Shown: positions 6,419-7,138 of the stretch, in pieces | Layout of the letters: each line of letters opens with the position of its first letter | How positions within the stretch are numbered: position 1 is the stretch's first letter | Virus record (IMG/VR): IMGVR_UViG_2802429226_000002 | Span: 1 to 7,138 of that record | Strand: one strand, 5' to 3' | Length of the DNA: 7,138 nucleotides | Source of the DNA: a virus | Taxonomy: Duplodnaviria > Heunggongvirae > Uroviricota > Caudoviricetes | Translations under genes and position numbers: made by a program | The notes under the pieces: generated by a model | Told to the model about the DNA's origin: nothing | What the model saw: only the letters and a program-made list of their open reading frames with translations | Database searches by the model: none

Positions 6419-7138
6419 TCAGCCGTTGTCAGTGTCCAGTGAGTAGTTTTTAAAGCGGATGACCTCCTGACCGAGCCAGCCGTTTATTTCCCGAATCCTG
6501 TCCTGTAACGGGATAAGCTCATTGCGGACAAAGACCTTTGCCACTTTCTCAATATCACCCAGCGACCCGACGTTCTCCGGCTTGCCACCCATCAACTGAA
6601 AGGGGATGCGGTGCGCGTCCAGCAGGTCAGCGGAGCTGGCTTTTTTGATATTAAAAAAATCGTCCTTCGTTGCCACTTCACTGAGCGGGATAATTTTGAT
6701 GCCGTCTGGCTTTCCCTGCGGTGCATAGAGAAACAGGTTTTTAAAGTTGTTGCGGCCTTTTGACTTGACCATGTTTTCGCGGAGCATTTCGATATCGTTG
6801 CGATCCTGCACGGCATCGGTGACATACATGATGTATCCGGCATGTGCGCCGTTTTCATAATACTTGCGGCGGAACAGCGTGGCTGATTCATTCAGCCACG
6901 CAGAGTTAAGGGCGCTGAGATATTCCGGCAGACCGTACAGCTCCTGATTAATATCCGGCTCCAGCAGGTGAAACACGGAGCCGGGCGCGAAAGGTGTCGG
7001 CTCGTTGAAGGACGGCACCCACCAGTAAACATCCTCCTCCACGCCACGGCGGGTATATTTTGCCGGTGAGGTTTCCAGTCTGATGACCTTACCGGTGGTG
7101 CTGTAACGCTTTTCCAGAAACGCATTACCGAACACCAG
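6419..7138 (-). CDS. Q: Portal protein, P2 gpQ-like (PBSX-family portal), 3' part only; the N-terminus lies beyond the window end
   Basis: The - strand ORF is open to the window edge (the codon at 7136-7138 is sense) and stops at 6419-6421. It sits immediately beside cos, as Q does in P2. The translation (…YGLPEYLSALNSAWLNE…NGAHAGYIMYV…) is consistent in character with phage portal proteins; family assignment is by synteny plus recollection. Confidence 0.8.
   Translation of the reverse strand: MVFGNAFLEKRYSTTGKVIRLETSPAKYTRRGVEEDVYWWVPSFNEPTPFAPGSVFHLLEPDINQELYGLPEYLSALNSAWLNESATLFRRKYYENGAHAGYIMYVTDAVQDRNDIEMLRENMVKSKGRNNFKNLFLYAPQGKPDGIKIIPLSEVATKDDFFNIKKASSADLLDAHRIPFQLMGGKPENVGSLGDIEKVAKVFVRNELIPLQDRIREINGWLGQEVIRFKNYSLDTDNG

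Noticed and set aside
6592-7125. ORFs 6592-6891 (-) and 6892-7125 (-) in alternative frames of the portal gene
   Set aside because: They overlap the longer portal-like ORF in other frames and are Ser/Arg/Cys/Pro-rich, typical of out-of-frame artefacts.
1-7138. CRISPR arrays, tRNA or rRNA genes, integrase or attachment site
   Set aside because: No regularly spaced direct repeats, no tRNA-like or rRNA-like sequence, and no integrase-like ORF in any frame. In P2-like phages the int/att region lies on the other side of the early operon, outside this window.

Overview
This window reads as the right arm of a P2-like (Peduovirus-type) temperate phage or prophage, running through the packaging site into the head-gene region. 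On the + strand there is the 3' end of an early-operon gene (1-159), a PP-loop/PAPS-reductase-like gene (156-1163) and the P2 gpA-type rolling-circle replication initiator (1160-3433); both junctions are ATGA stop/start overlaps. Next comes a sharply AT-rich insert carrying one 739-aa gene on the - strand (3681-5900). It sits where P2 carries tin/old, a known anti-phage defence hotspot, and encodes an ABC-type ATPase with a long coiled-coil, a central CxxC motif and a separate C-terminal domain. My best reading is an RloC/PrrC-like single-protein defence candidate (hypothesis, not a database result). At 6231-6249 is a 19-nt sequence that matches my recollection of the P2 cohesive end (cos). 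It is followed by a strong - strand intrinsic terminator (6392-6413) and the 3' part of a - strand portal gene (P2 Q-like) that runs off the window edge. No rRNA, tRNA, CRISPR array, integrase or transposase was recognised. All calls come from reading the sequence and the supplied ORF translations; no searches or computations were run.
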